From contig JBAXHY010000001.1 in the NCBI GenBank assembly GCA_037138655.1, forward strand, positions 6,221 to 70,220: DNA of 64,000 nucleotides, in the 5' to 3' direction. This document shows, piece after piece, positions 29,226-38,406 of the stretch. The notes under the pieces are model-generated. The model ran no database searches. It was not told where the DNA came from and saw only the letters and a program-made list of their open reading frames with translations. Each line of letters opens with the position of its first letter. Position 1 is the stretch's first letter. The position numbers and the translations under genes were made by a program. Origin of the DNA: a bacterium (GTDB lineage: Bacteria > Patescibacteriota > Saccharimonadia > Saccharimonadales > SZUA-47).

Positions 29226-30992
29226 TTAAGAGTGTAATCTATACACTTTACTTAGCTCATCGAGCTCTTTTACTTTTATTAGCGTTTTTGCTGTGTCTGA
29301 ATCGTCACTGCTACTAAGGCTTTCTATGAGTTGTCGTTTTTTGTTTTTTATGTACTCTGTTACCAGTCGAGAAACCAAGTGTTCGGTTTGATACGAAAGC
29401 TCGGATTCCTCTGTTGTTTGGTAGAGTTCTTCAGATAGAAGTAACAACATTTTAACATAATCTGCTATGTTTCTCAAGGAATTAAGAGAAGATGGTTCGT
29501 CTGTAAGTTCATAATCTAAATTTTCTTGCAAAAAATCACTTAAATCTTGAGCGCTCTTTTCTACAAAAACATCTTTAGGTAATCCACTTAGTATCTGTCT
29601 TAGTTCTGGAAACCTTAGCGTAATTGCAAGTAAGTGTTGCCCCATAATTTTTTGATCGCGAAGTTCGCTAGCAAGTTCTACTTCATTTTTTAAAGCTTTT
29701 AGCCGTCGCACAGGGGCAACTTCTGTTTGATTAAGTTTTTGCCTAAGCGCTTCATTGCTAATATCAATTTTTTTAGCTAACACCCCTATGTAATGATCAA
29801 GCTCTACAGGATCTTTAAGTCTTCTTACTAAGCGCAGAACCACATCTGTAAATTTACGCTTTCCTACTGCACTGGTTATATCCAGCTGAGATTCATATCT
29901 GTCCATAAGCCAGTCAATAACATACTGCGGCTTATTGATCGCTTGTTGCCAAGCTGATACATCTTTTTGTATTAATTCGTCGGGGTCTTTACCGGCTGGA
30001 ATTGTTATCATCTGCAATGTAACGCCTACATCGTTGGCTAAATCTATTGCCCGTTCTGCTGCGTTTTGACCCGCACTATCTTGGTCAAAACATAGTCTAA
30101 TGTCTGACGTGAATCGTTTTAAGGCTTTAAGGTGTTGCGCTGTCATAGCTGTTCCGGCGGTTGCGACTACGTTAGTAACCCCAACTTGATGACTAGCAAT
30201 AACATCTAAGTTCCCTTCTACTATTACTACGAATCCTAGCTTTCTTATTGATTCTTTTGCTAAATGTAGGCCGTACGCCTGACGACCTTTGTCATACAAA
30301 AGTGTTGCGGGTGTATTAATATATTTTGGTGCGTTAGGATCTGAATCTAATTGCCTAGCCGTAAATCCTACTACTGCGCCCTGTTGATCGCAAAGAGGCA
30401 CCATTAATCTTCCCCTAAACATATCGCTAGTTCCTGCAGAACGCTCAGACACTAATCCTGCTTTTTTTATTTCGTCTAATGTATAAGATTTTCCTAATAA
30501 ATACGAAAGAAGTTCTTTTCCGCCCGTAGGACTATATCCAAGTCTAAATTGCAAAATTGTCTCTTTGCTAAAAGCTCGTTTTTTACGAGTATATTCTAGC
30601 GCGCTCATATTTTTTGTTAACTGAACTTGGTAAAAACGTGCTGCCGTTTCAAGTACTGCATGCATTCGTTCTTTGGTTTTTGAATTGTCTACACCGGTAC
30701 CACCAGTTTTATATTGAGTTAAATCTACGCCCGCCTTGCGCGACAAAAGTTCTAGCGCCCCCTTAAAATCAAGCCCTTCGACTTCCATTATAAAACCAAA
30801 TACATCTCCCCCTTTGCCACTACTAAAATCATGCCATATCTGTTTTTCTGGGCTAACGACAAAACTAGGAGATTTTTCGTTAGCAAAAGGACTTAGGCCC
30901 TTAAAGTTACGTCCGGCACGTTTTAATTGAACGTATTCTGCAACGACATCTTCTATGGCAAGGCGATCTTTTATATCTGCAACGGCATCCAT
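29226..30992 (-). CDS. dnaG: DNA primase DnaG (zinc-binding-domain ligands all substituted)
   Basis: Toprim and primase core; dnaG-rpoD order; N-terminal ZBD-like segment without the Cys/His ligands. Confidence 0.85.
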   Translation of the reverse strand: MDAVADIKDRLAIEDVVAEYVQLKRAGRNFKGLSPFANEKSPSFVVSPEKQIWHDFSSGKGGDVFGFIMEVEGLDFKGALELLSRKAGVDLTQYKTGGTGVDNSKTKERMHAVLETAARFYQVQLTKNMSALEYTRKKRAFSKETILQFRLGYSPTGGKELLSYLLGKSYTLDEIKKAGLVSERSAGTSDMFRGRLMVPLCDQQGAVVGFTARQLDSDPNAPKYINTPATLLYDKGRQAYGLHLAKESIRKLGFVVIVEGNLDVIASHQVGVTNVVATAGTAMTAQHLKALKRFTSDIRLCFDQDSAGQNAAERAIDLANDVGVTLQMITIPAGKDPDELIQKDVSAWQQAINKPQYVIDWLMDRYESQLDITSAVGKRKFTDVVLRLVRRLKDPVELDHYIGVLAKKIDISNEALRQKLNQTEVAPVRRLKALKNEVELASELRDQKIMGQHLLAITLRFPELRQILSGLPKDVFVEKSAQDLSDFLQENLDYELTDEPSSLNSLRNIADYVKMLLLLSEELYQTTEESELSYQTEHLVSRLVTEYIKNKKRQLIESLSSSDDSDTAKTLIKVKELDELSKVYRLHS

Positions 30993-31058
30993 ACTTATAG
31001 GTTACAGTCTTTATTGCGACAGGTACAGCATAAGCAACTATCTCGTGATATCATAAGC

Positions 31059-31679
31059 ATGATGGATCCAAACCAAATACCTCAAAATACTGGTCAATAC
31101 GACTATATTCTTAATGCTCCTACTCCTAAAAAAGCTAGTTTTTTTAGTGGCGGCAATAATGGCGGCAAAAAACAAACTATACTTTATTCGATAATATTTA
31201 TATTGGTCGTTGTAACTATTGTTGTAGTTGTACTTTCGGTTTTTATATCTGCCAATAAAAAAGATTACACTTTATATAAAAAAATTCTGGACGAACAAAC
31301 AGAAATAATTCGCATATCTGACTTAGGTTACGCAAAAGCCAGGAACGCCAGTATAAAAAATTATGCAACTTCTATTAAATCTATAACTACTAGCGAAAAA
31401 ACAGATACCCTAGCCTACCTAAAGGGCGCAGGAATTAAAATAGACGAAAAAGTACTGGCTTCTAAAAAAGACACCAACAATGACAAGATATTAGCTGCCG
31501 CAGAACAAGCAAATCAATACGACGAAAAACTTACATTAGTTTTAAATACTCTAGTAATTAGTTACCAAAAAGATATAAAAACATTAGGAAATGACGTTTC
31601 TACAAAAAATGAACGTGCGCTTATTAATACACTTCAGGCTAATGCAAAAGTTATTGCAAACGCCCAAAAAACCCAATAA
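31059..31679 (+). CDS. Hypothetical membrane-anchored protein
   Basis: Start moved to ATG 31059 to avoid overlap with dnaG; one TM helix (ILYSIIFILVVVTIVVVVL). Confidence 0.4.
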   Translation: MMDPNQIPQNTGQYDYILNAPTPKKASFFSGGNNGGKKQTILYSIIFILVVVTIVVVVLSVFISANKKDYTLYKKILDEQTEIIRISDLGYAKARNASIKNYATSIKSITTSEKTDTLAYLKGAGIKIDEKVLASKKDTNNDKILAAAEQANQYDEKLTLVLNTLVISYQKDIKTLGNDVSTKNERALINTLQANAKVIANAQKTQ

Positions 31680-31808
31680 AGTCTTCTTTCCAATAAGCAA
31701 AATCTTTCATACTTAGCGTTGGCAAAGTATGGCAAACCAACTGGGATACAAAATGGAATAAATGCGGTCGCATCCTGCGACCATGATATTTAGCTACTAA
31801 AACTATAC

Positions 31809-32141
31809 TTATTTTTCAATGACAAGATTGTAGCTATGTGTAATAAACCCTTGAACTTCTTCCCACGGTAGTTCTGCACCAAGCACTACGGTGTTCCAAT
31901 GCTTTTTGTTTAGGTGGTAACCGGGCATTACACTTACGTAAGTTTCGCGCAGTAAAATAGCTAATTGCGGGTCACATTTTAAACTTATTTGAAGAGGATC
32001 AGAATTTTCTGGTATTAAAGCAAACATCTTATCTTCGTCCCCTGCCGGTACTTTATAAACTGCGACGTCCTTACCAAAAGGATACGTTAACTTAGCATTA
32101 GGAAAACTTAAAACATACTCTTCTAGTTCTTTGTGGGTCAT
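31809..32141 (-). CDS. MmcQ/YjbR family DNA-binding protein
   Basis: 110 aa, YjbR-like sequence pattern. Confidence 0.55.
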   Translation of the reverse strand: MTHKELEEYVLSFPNAKLTYPFGKDVAVYKVPAGDEDKMFALIPENSDPLQISLKCDPQLAILLRETYVSVMPGYHLNKKHWNTVVLGAELPWEEVQGFITHSYNLVIEK

Positions 32142-32695
32142 TTTTTAGATTCAAACCAATCCAAATAATACTGAAGCTCGGCAATGCTTGCCTGTACGTC
32201 TTCAAAAGCTCTGTGCGCTGAATCTTTTTCAAATACTTCGTTGTATTTTGCCTGCATCAATACTTTAAAACTACTTACATCTAGCATTCGGTAATGCAAT
32301 TTTAGTTCTAGTTCTTTCATATGTGACCTTATAAAATTGCGGTCATTATAAATACTATTGCCTGCTAAAACTGCAGGTTCGGCACCAAAATGTTGCTCTA
32401 TAAGTGCAATTATCTCGCGTTCGGCTACTTCTATAGCTTTTGCTCCGTCCAGATTTTGAATAAAATCATCTCGGTTCTGCGGATATCCCTGCCACCATAC
32501 GTTTTTTTGAATCCTATCCAATACAACATCTTTTGGTTGCTTGATTCTTGATTCATAGGTAGCTAATGTTTGTAGATTTGCATCTGTTATTTCTACTGCT
32601 ATTTCTAATATTAAGTCTTTGTCTACATCTAGACCTGTCATTTCTAGGTCTAACCACAAAAATTTTGTCGGTAATGTTGATTTATCTATTTCCAT
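32138..32695 (-). CDS. orn: Oligoribonuclease (DEDDh 3'-5' exonuclease)
   Basis: LxWxDLEMTGLD exo I motif, YH...D exo III; 185 aa. Confidence 0.8.
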   Translation of the reverse strand: MEIDKSTLPTKFLWLDLEMTGLDVDKDLILEIAVEITDANLQTLATYESRIKQPKDVVLDRIQKNVWWQGYPQNRDDFIQNLDGAKAIEVAEREIIALIEQHFGAEPAVLAGNSIYNDRNFIRSHMKELELKLHYRMLDVSSFKVLMQAKYNEVFEKDSAHRAFEDVQASIAELQYYLDWFESKK

Positions 32696-32711
32696 AACTA
32701 ACAGTATACAG

Positions 32712-33953
32712 CTATTGACCGAGTTGTTTAGCTACAGCTAGCCAATTTAATCTTTCTTCTACGGCTTTTTGGACTACGGCCGAAGCCTTTTGTGTAATTT
32801 TTTGTGCTCCGTTTTGGTTAGCTACTGGTGCATATTGAATGCTAAGCTTAACTTTTGATAGACCTTGATTTTGAGCATTCTGTAAACATGTGTCCTTAAA
32901 ATCAAAACAAGTTTTTCCTAACGTTATCCACTTAGCAACATTATCGTCATAAGGAATTTTGATAGTTGCATCAATACTAACACCACGCTGAGTCTCTGCA
33001 TCTATTTGATCGAATATAAAGTTTCCTAGGCTGTAAACTACCAACTTACCCTTGTAAACTTCGCTATCTTGTACCCAGTGAGGATTGTTTGCAAACAAAA
33101 ATTCAGCACCGGTATCAATGATTTGGTGAGCTATAGTTCTTTGGGTATCACTAGCCTTAGCCTGATATTCGTTACCCATTTCTACAAAACCAAACACTGG
33201 CATAATGTCCGAGAATTTTTTAACTACCGCAAGTTCATCTGCTGTTGGACCACGATTGTAATTAAAATAATGCCATGCACAAAACGCAATTGGCATAAAT
33301 GATTTTTCTTCTGATTTGTCTGTTTTTTGTAGTCTAACCGGCAGAGCAATAACTTCACAAATATCCCCTAATTTAGTAGGGTCAAAGTTACCAAAATACT
33401 GAACTCCAGAATCTTTTAAATGCTGCCGTGTTTCTTCAAGTCCTGCCTGACCACCCTGGTTGTCTGTGTGATTATTTGCTAAATCAAACAAGTTAAAATA
33501 TTTTGTTAAACCAGGCAAAAATTCTGGACGGCAGTTGAACACTAAATTATTTATCTGTGTCTCATAAGGAACAACATTATTGGTAATTGGGCACTCAAAA
33601 TCTGTAGACCAACCGTCATATGCGGCTCGATTAAAAGTATCTAACTGGCTAAAGGGCTGTGCAAAATCGCCTCTGGCGTACTTTTCTACCGCCCTAGCTA
33701 TTACGACTGTTCCATTAAATAAATATCGGCCATCGACAGATGAGTAATCAACTTTTTTTACCGTATCTTTATTTACAATTTCGGGTATTTGCACTACCTT
33801 TTCTGTGCTTTTTTTGTCTTTACTAAAAAACGTAAATGCCAAATATACTAAAACTATACACAAAATTATTCCAACTACATAAAGTGCTCGTTTATTCATA
33901 AATTTATACGAACGTTTTTTAACACTTGATTGGTTTGGTTTATGAAACTCCAC
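32712..33953 (-). CDS. CapA/PGA_cap family metallophosphatase-like protein (membrane anchored)
   Basis: N-terminal TM, ANNH motif region and capsule-synthesis CapA-like layout. Confidence 0.55.
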   Translation of the reverse strand: MEFHKPNQSSVKKRSYKFMNKRALYVVGIILCIVLVYLAFTFFSKDKKSTEKVVQIPEIVNKDTVKKVDYSSVDGRYLFNGTVVIARAVEKYARGDFAQPFSQLDTFNRAAYDGWSTDFECPITNNVVPYETQINNLVFNCRPEFLPGLTKYFNLFDLANNHTDNQGGQAGLEETRQHLKDSGVQYFGNFDPTKLGDICEVIALPVRLQKTDKSEEKSFMPIAFCAWHYFNYNRGPTADELAVVKKFSDIMPVFGFVEMGNEYQAKASDTQRTIAHQIIDTGAEFLFANNPHWVQDSEVYKGKLVVYSLGNFIFDQIDAETQRGVSIDATIKIPYDDNVAKWITLGKTCFDFKDTCLQNAQNQGLSKVKLSIQYAPVANQNGAQKITQKASAVVQKAVEERLNWLAVAKQLGQ

Positions 33954-33956
33954 TAA

Positions 33957-34343
33957 TTAAGCCTTGTCTTTAGCATCTTTCTTGAACGATAAACTAAGAG
34001 AATTTATACAATATCTTTGTCCTGATGGTTGGTCATAGGCATCATCAAAGACGTGTCCTAAATGCCCCCCACATGTTTTACATACCGCTTCTACGCGCTC
34101 CATTCCTAAAGAGCTATCTTTAATCAGCACAACCGCATCGGATTCTTTGGGTTTATAAAAACTAGGCCAACCGCTTCCACTGTCAAACTTAGTATTTGAC
34201 ATAAATAATTCAGAACCACAATTTGCACACGAATAAATACCGTTTTCAGTATTGTGCAATAATTTTCCTGATCCCGGAGCTTCAGTTGCACCAGAAAATA
34301 AAACGTCTTCTTGTTCTTTTGTTAAATTAAGATTTTTTTGCAT
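33957..34343 (-). CDS. msrB: Peptide-methionine (R)-S-oxide reductase
   Basis: Two CxxC zinc motifs, GWPSF, HLGHVF, catalytic RYCINS. Confidence 0.9.
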   Translation of the reverse strand: MQKNLNLTKEQEDVLFSGATEAPGSGKLLHNTENGIYSCANCGSELFMSNTKFDSGSGWPSFYKPKESDAVVLIKDSSLGMERVEAVCKTCGGHLGHVFDDAYDQPSGQRYCINSLSLSFKKDAKDKA

Positions 34344-34701
34344 CGTTATCTCCTTTTTTATTTGGCCATCGCCAAAAAGGTTTTTCGCCCTTTATGTTTA
34401 GGACTATTGCAAAGGCAAATATTAGTGCCGCAAACCACATCATAGACGCAGCAATATATAAACTAAACATACCGTTTGGATTGCAGTTAATTACTACGCC
34501 TTTGTTTATAACACTTTTACAGTAAAGGTCACCGTCGTAAATTGCGCAAACATACACTAAAGGCGCTAAGCCAACAATAAAACAGACTAAAAGTACGGCC
34601 CAACCTTGCCATAGTTTTGGACTGCACCATCCCCATCCTGCTTTTTTAGCATTAAACCAAATCTGATTTTTTTGACTTAATTTTTTTACTTTTTTTGTCA
34701 T
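34327..34701 (-). CDS. Hypothetical membrane protein
   Basis: 124 aa, three predicted TM helices. Confidence 0.4.
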   Translation of the reverse strand: MTKKVKKLSQKNQIWFNAKKAGWGWCSPKLWQGWAVLLVCFIVGLAPLVYVCAIYDGDLYCKSVINKGVVINCNPNGMFSLYIAASMMWFAALIFAFAIVLNIKGEKPFWRWPNKKGDNDAKKS

Positions 34702-34769
34702 ATATACTTACTTTTAGACTTAAGTTTATTATGCTTATAATTATAGTCTGTTTGCATATAGCTAACAAG

Positions 34770-35975
34770 CTAACGGGCCATTAAAATTCTTTCCATCGCT
34801 ACCGCTAAAGCCGCTTCTTTAATATTCATTTTTGAACTTACCGATCTGTCAAATATGTTTATTACAGCTTCTTTTAGTAAACTATTAAGCTGTTTGTTTA
34901 CCTTATTTTTCGTCCAATGTTCTTGGTTTAAATTCTGTAACCATTCTAGGTAGCTGACTATAACACCGCCTGCGTTTGCTAATATATCTGGAATAACAAT
35001 TACGCCGCGTGCTTCTAGTAATTTATGAGCTTTATCGTCAACAGGACCATTTGCTAACTCTAAAATGATCTTTGCCTTTACTAAATGAGCGTTAGATACA
35101 TTTACTACATTACCGAGTGCGGCCAAAACTAGTACGTCTACATCTGCCGCAACAAGTTCGTCATTATTAATTTTTTGTCCTATGCCGTAATCACGTAAAC
35201 GACCCCCAGATTTTTTAAAATCTTCAAGCTCAGATGGCCAAAGGCTATTTTTTTCATATATTCCACCACTACTATCTGTAGCTGCCAGCAAGCGCCAATT
35301 TTTTTGTTCTTTTGCTGCTACAAGTCCAAAAAAAGATCCAACGTTTCCAAATCCCTGAATTGCGTAGCTAATTTTTTTATCTGACTTACCTTTTAACCTA
35401 AGATATTCAGACAGTACAATAACGCCGCCACGGCCTGTTGCTGCATCGCGGCCCTCACTACCTCCTCCAGCAATGCTTTTACCAGTAAAACTTCCTCTAG
35501 TAGTATCGCCAGAAATCCTACTATATTCATCTACCATCCAATCGATTATTCTTGGATCGGTATTTACATCTGGCGCAGGTATGTCTTTATTTGGACCTAT
35601 GTGAGGAGCAAGTTTTTGTACGTATTTTCTGGACAGCTCTTCTAGTTCTTCTAAACTTAACATTTTAGGATCAACTCTAACCCCACCTTTTGCACCACCA
35701 AGCGGAATATTAACAGCCGCAGTTTTTAAGCTCATAAGTGTTGCAAGCGCTTTAACTTCGTCGCCATCTACATCTGGGTGAAACCTAATGCCGCCTTTAT
35801 ATGGTCCCCTGGCGTCACTATGCTGAACCCTAAATGCTTTATGTTTTTGTCCGTTTTTAAGAATAATATCAAACTCGTGATGCGCGTCAACTTCTAGTAT
35901 TCGCTCTATCTCTTCGCTATTAAGACCTATCTTTATTCCGACTAATTTAATTTGTTCGTGAGTAGCATGCAACAT
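34770..35975 (-). CDS. gdh: Glu/Leu/Phe/Val dehydrogenase (probable glutamate dehydrogenase)
   Basis: GGAKGG and catalytic-lysine region, NAD(P) Rossmann GFGNVG. Confidence 0.85.
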   Translation of the reverse strand: MLHATHEQIKLVGIKIGLNSEEIERILEVDAHHEFDIILKNGQKHKAFRVQHSDARGPYKGGIRFHPDVDGDEVKALATLMSLKTAAVNIPLGGAKGGVRVDPKMLSLEELEELSRKYVQKLAPHIGPNKDIPAPDVNTDPRIIDWMVDEYSRISGDTTRGSFTGKSIAGGGSEGRDAATGRGGVIVLSEYLRLKGKSDKKISYAIQGFGNVGSFFGLVAAKEQKNWRLLAATDSSGGIYEKNSLWPSELEDFKKSGGRLRDYGIGQKINNDELVAADVDVLVLAALGNVVNVSNAHLVKAKIILELANGPVDDKAHKLLEARGVIVIPDILANAGGVIVSYLEWLQNLNQEHWTKNKVNKQLNSLLKEAVINIFDRSVSSKMNIKEAALAVAMERILMAR

Positions 35976-36043
35976 TTAATACCCCTCCTATATACATTAA
36001 TTGTACGCCGGTTAAGCAACTTATATAAACTATTGCTAAAAAA

Positions 36044-38065
36044 TTAATGTAGGGATACTTCTACCGAGCCGTCTTTGTTGTTCTTTTGAACAGGCTGGTT
36101 ATCTATTCTTGGTCGAGATTCAGTTTTAGTAGGTATTACTTCTTGTACTTTTTGCACAACTACATCTTTATTGATTGGTTCTTCGGTTTGTGTAGGTTTT
36201 TCGTTATCTACTGGTTCTTCATATTCAAAACTATTACCTTCTTCTTTGGCGAGTTTTTTGCGGTATGCCAACAAGCCTCCGACTTCTTCTACGGGTACTA
36301 TTTTTCCGTCTTGTAAAACAAAAACACTATCTACGGCAGACAAAATTGCCATATCGTGCGTAACTAATATGACCGTTTTTTCTTTGATGTTTTTTATCGC
36401 TTCTGCTACATGATTTCGTGATGACTCATCTAATGCAGATGTCGGCTCGTCAAATAATAATATTGGTGATTTTTTATAAAAAGCTCTTGCTAGGCTTATA
36501 CGCTGTTTTTGACCGCCCGATAAATCACGGTCACTGCCTATAGATAACTCTTCGTTAAATTGGTTAGGTAATGCCTGTATAAACTCTAATGCGCCCGAAC
36601 TAGCAGCTGCTTCTGTGGCTAGCTGGACATCTATAGGCTCTTCGTCTAACGTAGAAAAAGCTATATTTTCGGCGACTGTAGCACTTATAAGTTCTGGAGC
36701 TTGATCAACTAATGCAATCTTACGGCGCAAATACCCTAAATCAAATTGTTTAAGCTCTATGTCGTCTACAAAAACCTTGCCTTGGCTTGGTGCTAAGAAT
36801 CTTAATAGTATATTAAATAAAGTGCTCTTACCCGTACCTGACGCCCCTATAAGCGCTATTTTTGATCCGGCCGGAATAGTCCAAGTAACATCATTTAAGA
36901 CCGTATTTGATCCCCGATTTAAGCTTACGTTAACTAGTTTAATTTCACCTTTTAGGTTTTCTGGTCGTTCTGGGCCGCTATCCATTCGCCATTTATCGCT
37001 TACTTCGATTACGTCATACAATTTAGCAATCTGCGTTCGCTGAGTTTTCCAGCCAGCAATTGATCCGCTTAAACTTTGCAGCGGTTCTAATAAATTACCC
37101 ATATAACTAGTAAATACCAGTAAAGCACCAAACGACGTTCTACCACTAAAAACAAATGTTCCACCAATAAGTAAAACAATAGTTGATGCGACAGTATTAA
37201 TTAACGAATTAGTTGTTCCAAATAAATTACCTAGCACTGTTAATTTTACTGATTCATTATTACGATTCTTGCTTAAGTTCAAAAATCTATTTAACTGTAC
37301 TGGTTCTTTATTAAAAGCTTGTACTATGCGCACGTTTTCTACGGTTTCGCTGCTAGCTGCGTAAATTTTGTCTTCTAAATTAGTAACTACTTCGGATTGT
37401 TTTTGTAATTTTTTACTAAATATATGAGTAGATAAATAAAGTAGTGGCATAGCCGCAAACGCTATTGCCGCCAATAGTGGATTCATTATTAATAGCACTA
37501 CTATCATACCTAGCATCATTGCAACAGATCGAATTACGGTAATTACTGTACCAAAAATAAAACTAGCTACTGTACTGTACAAACCACTCAAACGATAAAG
37601 GTATTCCCCGTTTTGCATTCGGCCGGGTTCGTTATAAGGCAATACTAAAATACAACCTAAAATTTCTCGCTGTATTGCTAAATCTAGCTTTGCTTCAATT
37701 TTTTGCTGTATTAATCCTGCAACAAAACTAAAAATAGTGCCTAAGCCAAACAAAACAAAGTTCATACCGGCCACTACTAGCAGTAGTTGCTGTCTGGACG
37801 TTACCCAACTTAAATAGTTTGGTGGTGGACTGTCTCCAAAAACGCTATCGGCCAATAATTTAAATGGTATAGGCTGAATAAGCGTAAAACCTATACCAAT
37901 TGCTGCAAATATAAGTACCAATACTATGCTCATCTTCTGAGAAGCTACCCACTTGCGCAACCACTTCCCGCTTGGGTCTACTGACTTTAGCTGATCATTC
38001 ATTAGCCTAACTATAACAAAGTTATACCTTAAGACGTAAGCATAATATATTTTTATAGGTGACAC
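36044..38065 (-). CDS. ABC transporter, fused permease/ATP-binding exporter (type I ABC exporter)
   Basis: 6-TM domain followed by an NBD with Walker A GASGTGKST, signature LSGGQKQRISLARA, Walker B ILLFDEPTSALD. The true start is possibly 38002 (MNDQ...); the 80-aa C-terminal tail is acidic. Confidence 0.85.
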   Translation of the reverse strand: MSPIKIYYAYVLRYNFVIVRLMNDQLKSVDPSGKWLRKWVASQKMSIVLVLIFAAIGIGFTLIQPIPFKLLADSVFGDSPPPNYLSWVTSRQQLLLVVAGMNFVLFGLGTIFSFVAGLIQQKIEAKLDLAIQREILGCILVLPYNEPGRMQNGEYLYRLSGLYSTVASFIFGTVITVIRSVAMMLGMIVVLLIMNPLLAAIAFAAMPLLYLSTHIFSKKLQKQSEVVTNLEDKIYAASSETVENVRIVQAFNKEPVQLNRFLNLSKNRNNESVKLTVLGNLFGTTNSLINTVASTIVLLIGGTFVFSGRTSFGALLVFTSYMGNLLEPLQSLSGSIAGWKTQRTQIAKLYDVIEVSDKWRMDSGPERPENLKGEIKLVNVSLNRGSNTVLNDVTWTIPAGSKIALIGASGTGKSTLFNILLRFLAPSQGKVFVDDIELKQFDLGYLRRKIALVDQAPELISATVAENIAFSTLDEEPIDVQLATEAAASSGALEFIQALPNQFNEELSIGSDRDLSGGQKQRISLARAFYKKSPILLFDEPTSALDESSRNHVAEAIKNIKEKTVILVTHDMAILSAVDSVFVLQDGKIVPVEEVGGLLAYRKKLAKEEGNSFEYEEPVDNEKPTQTEEPINKDVVVQKVQEVIPTKTESRPRIDNQPVQKNNKDGSVEVSLH

Positions 38066-38069
38066 ATTA

Positions 38070-38098
38070 TTGACTTTTAATAAAACTTATGCTAATAT
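38070..38098 (+). promoter_or_regulatory. Sigma-70-type promoter (TTGACT-17 nt-TAATAT)
   Basis: Near-consensus -35/-10 hexamers with 17-nt spacer upstream of the 38177 small ORF. Confidence 0.55.
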
Positions 38099-38176
38099 AT
38101 AAATACCCTCCAAGTTGGCCAACAACGAGAAATAAAAAGTTAAACAAACATAAATAAAAAGAATCGAGAACAAATC

Positions 38177-38359
38177 ATGGGTACTAAACAATCATATGTA
38201 AATAAAAATGCAAACGTAGCTTTAAACACATTCTTAAATCCAACAGGTCCAAGTGACGCAGCAACAGCATCATTACGCGCAAAAAGAGCAGCCGACTGGA
38301 ACGCCTTTGTAACAAACTATCAGCACAGTCACGTAGCTGGTAAAAGCTCAGGCCGATAA
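38177..38359 (+). CDS. Small hypothetical protein (60 aa) in its own transcription unit
   Basis: ORF bracketed by a consensus promoter and an intrinsic terminator; no signal peptide, no known family. Confidence 0.4.
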   Translation: MGTKQSYVNKNANVALNTFLNPTGPSDAATASLRAKRAADWNAFVTNYQHSHVAGKSSGR

Positions 38360-38375
38360 ATACAACTAGTTAAAA

Positions 38376-38406
38376 AACAGCTCCGTTAAGGGGCTGTTTT
38401 TGTTTT
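38376..38406. terminator. Bidirectional intrinsic terminator
   Basis: cagctcc-gttaa-ggggctg hairpin followed by TTTTTGTTTT; the stop codon of the convergent photolyase-like gene lies in the loop. Confidence 0.75.

Noticed and set aside
30927-31058. 5' extension of the 31059..31679 gene overlapping the dnaG start
   Set aside because: The extension would overlap 66 nt of dnaG coding sequence on the other strand. The internal ATG at 31059 gives a sensible N-terminus.
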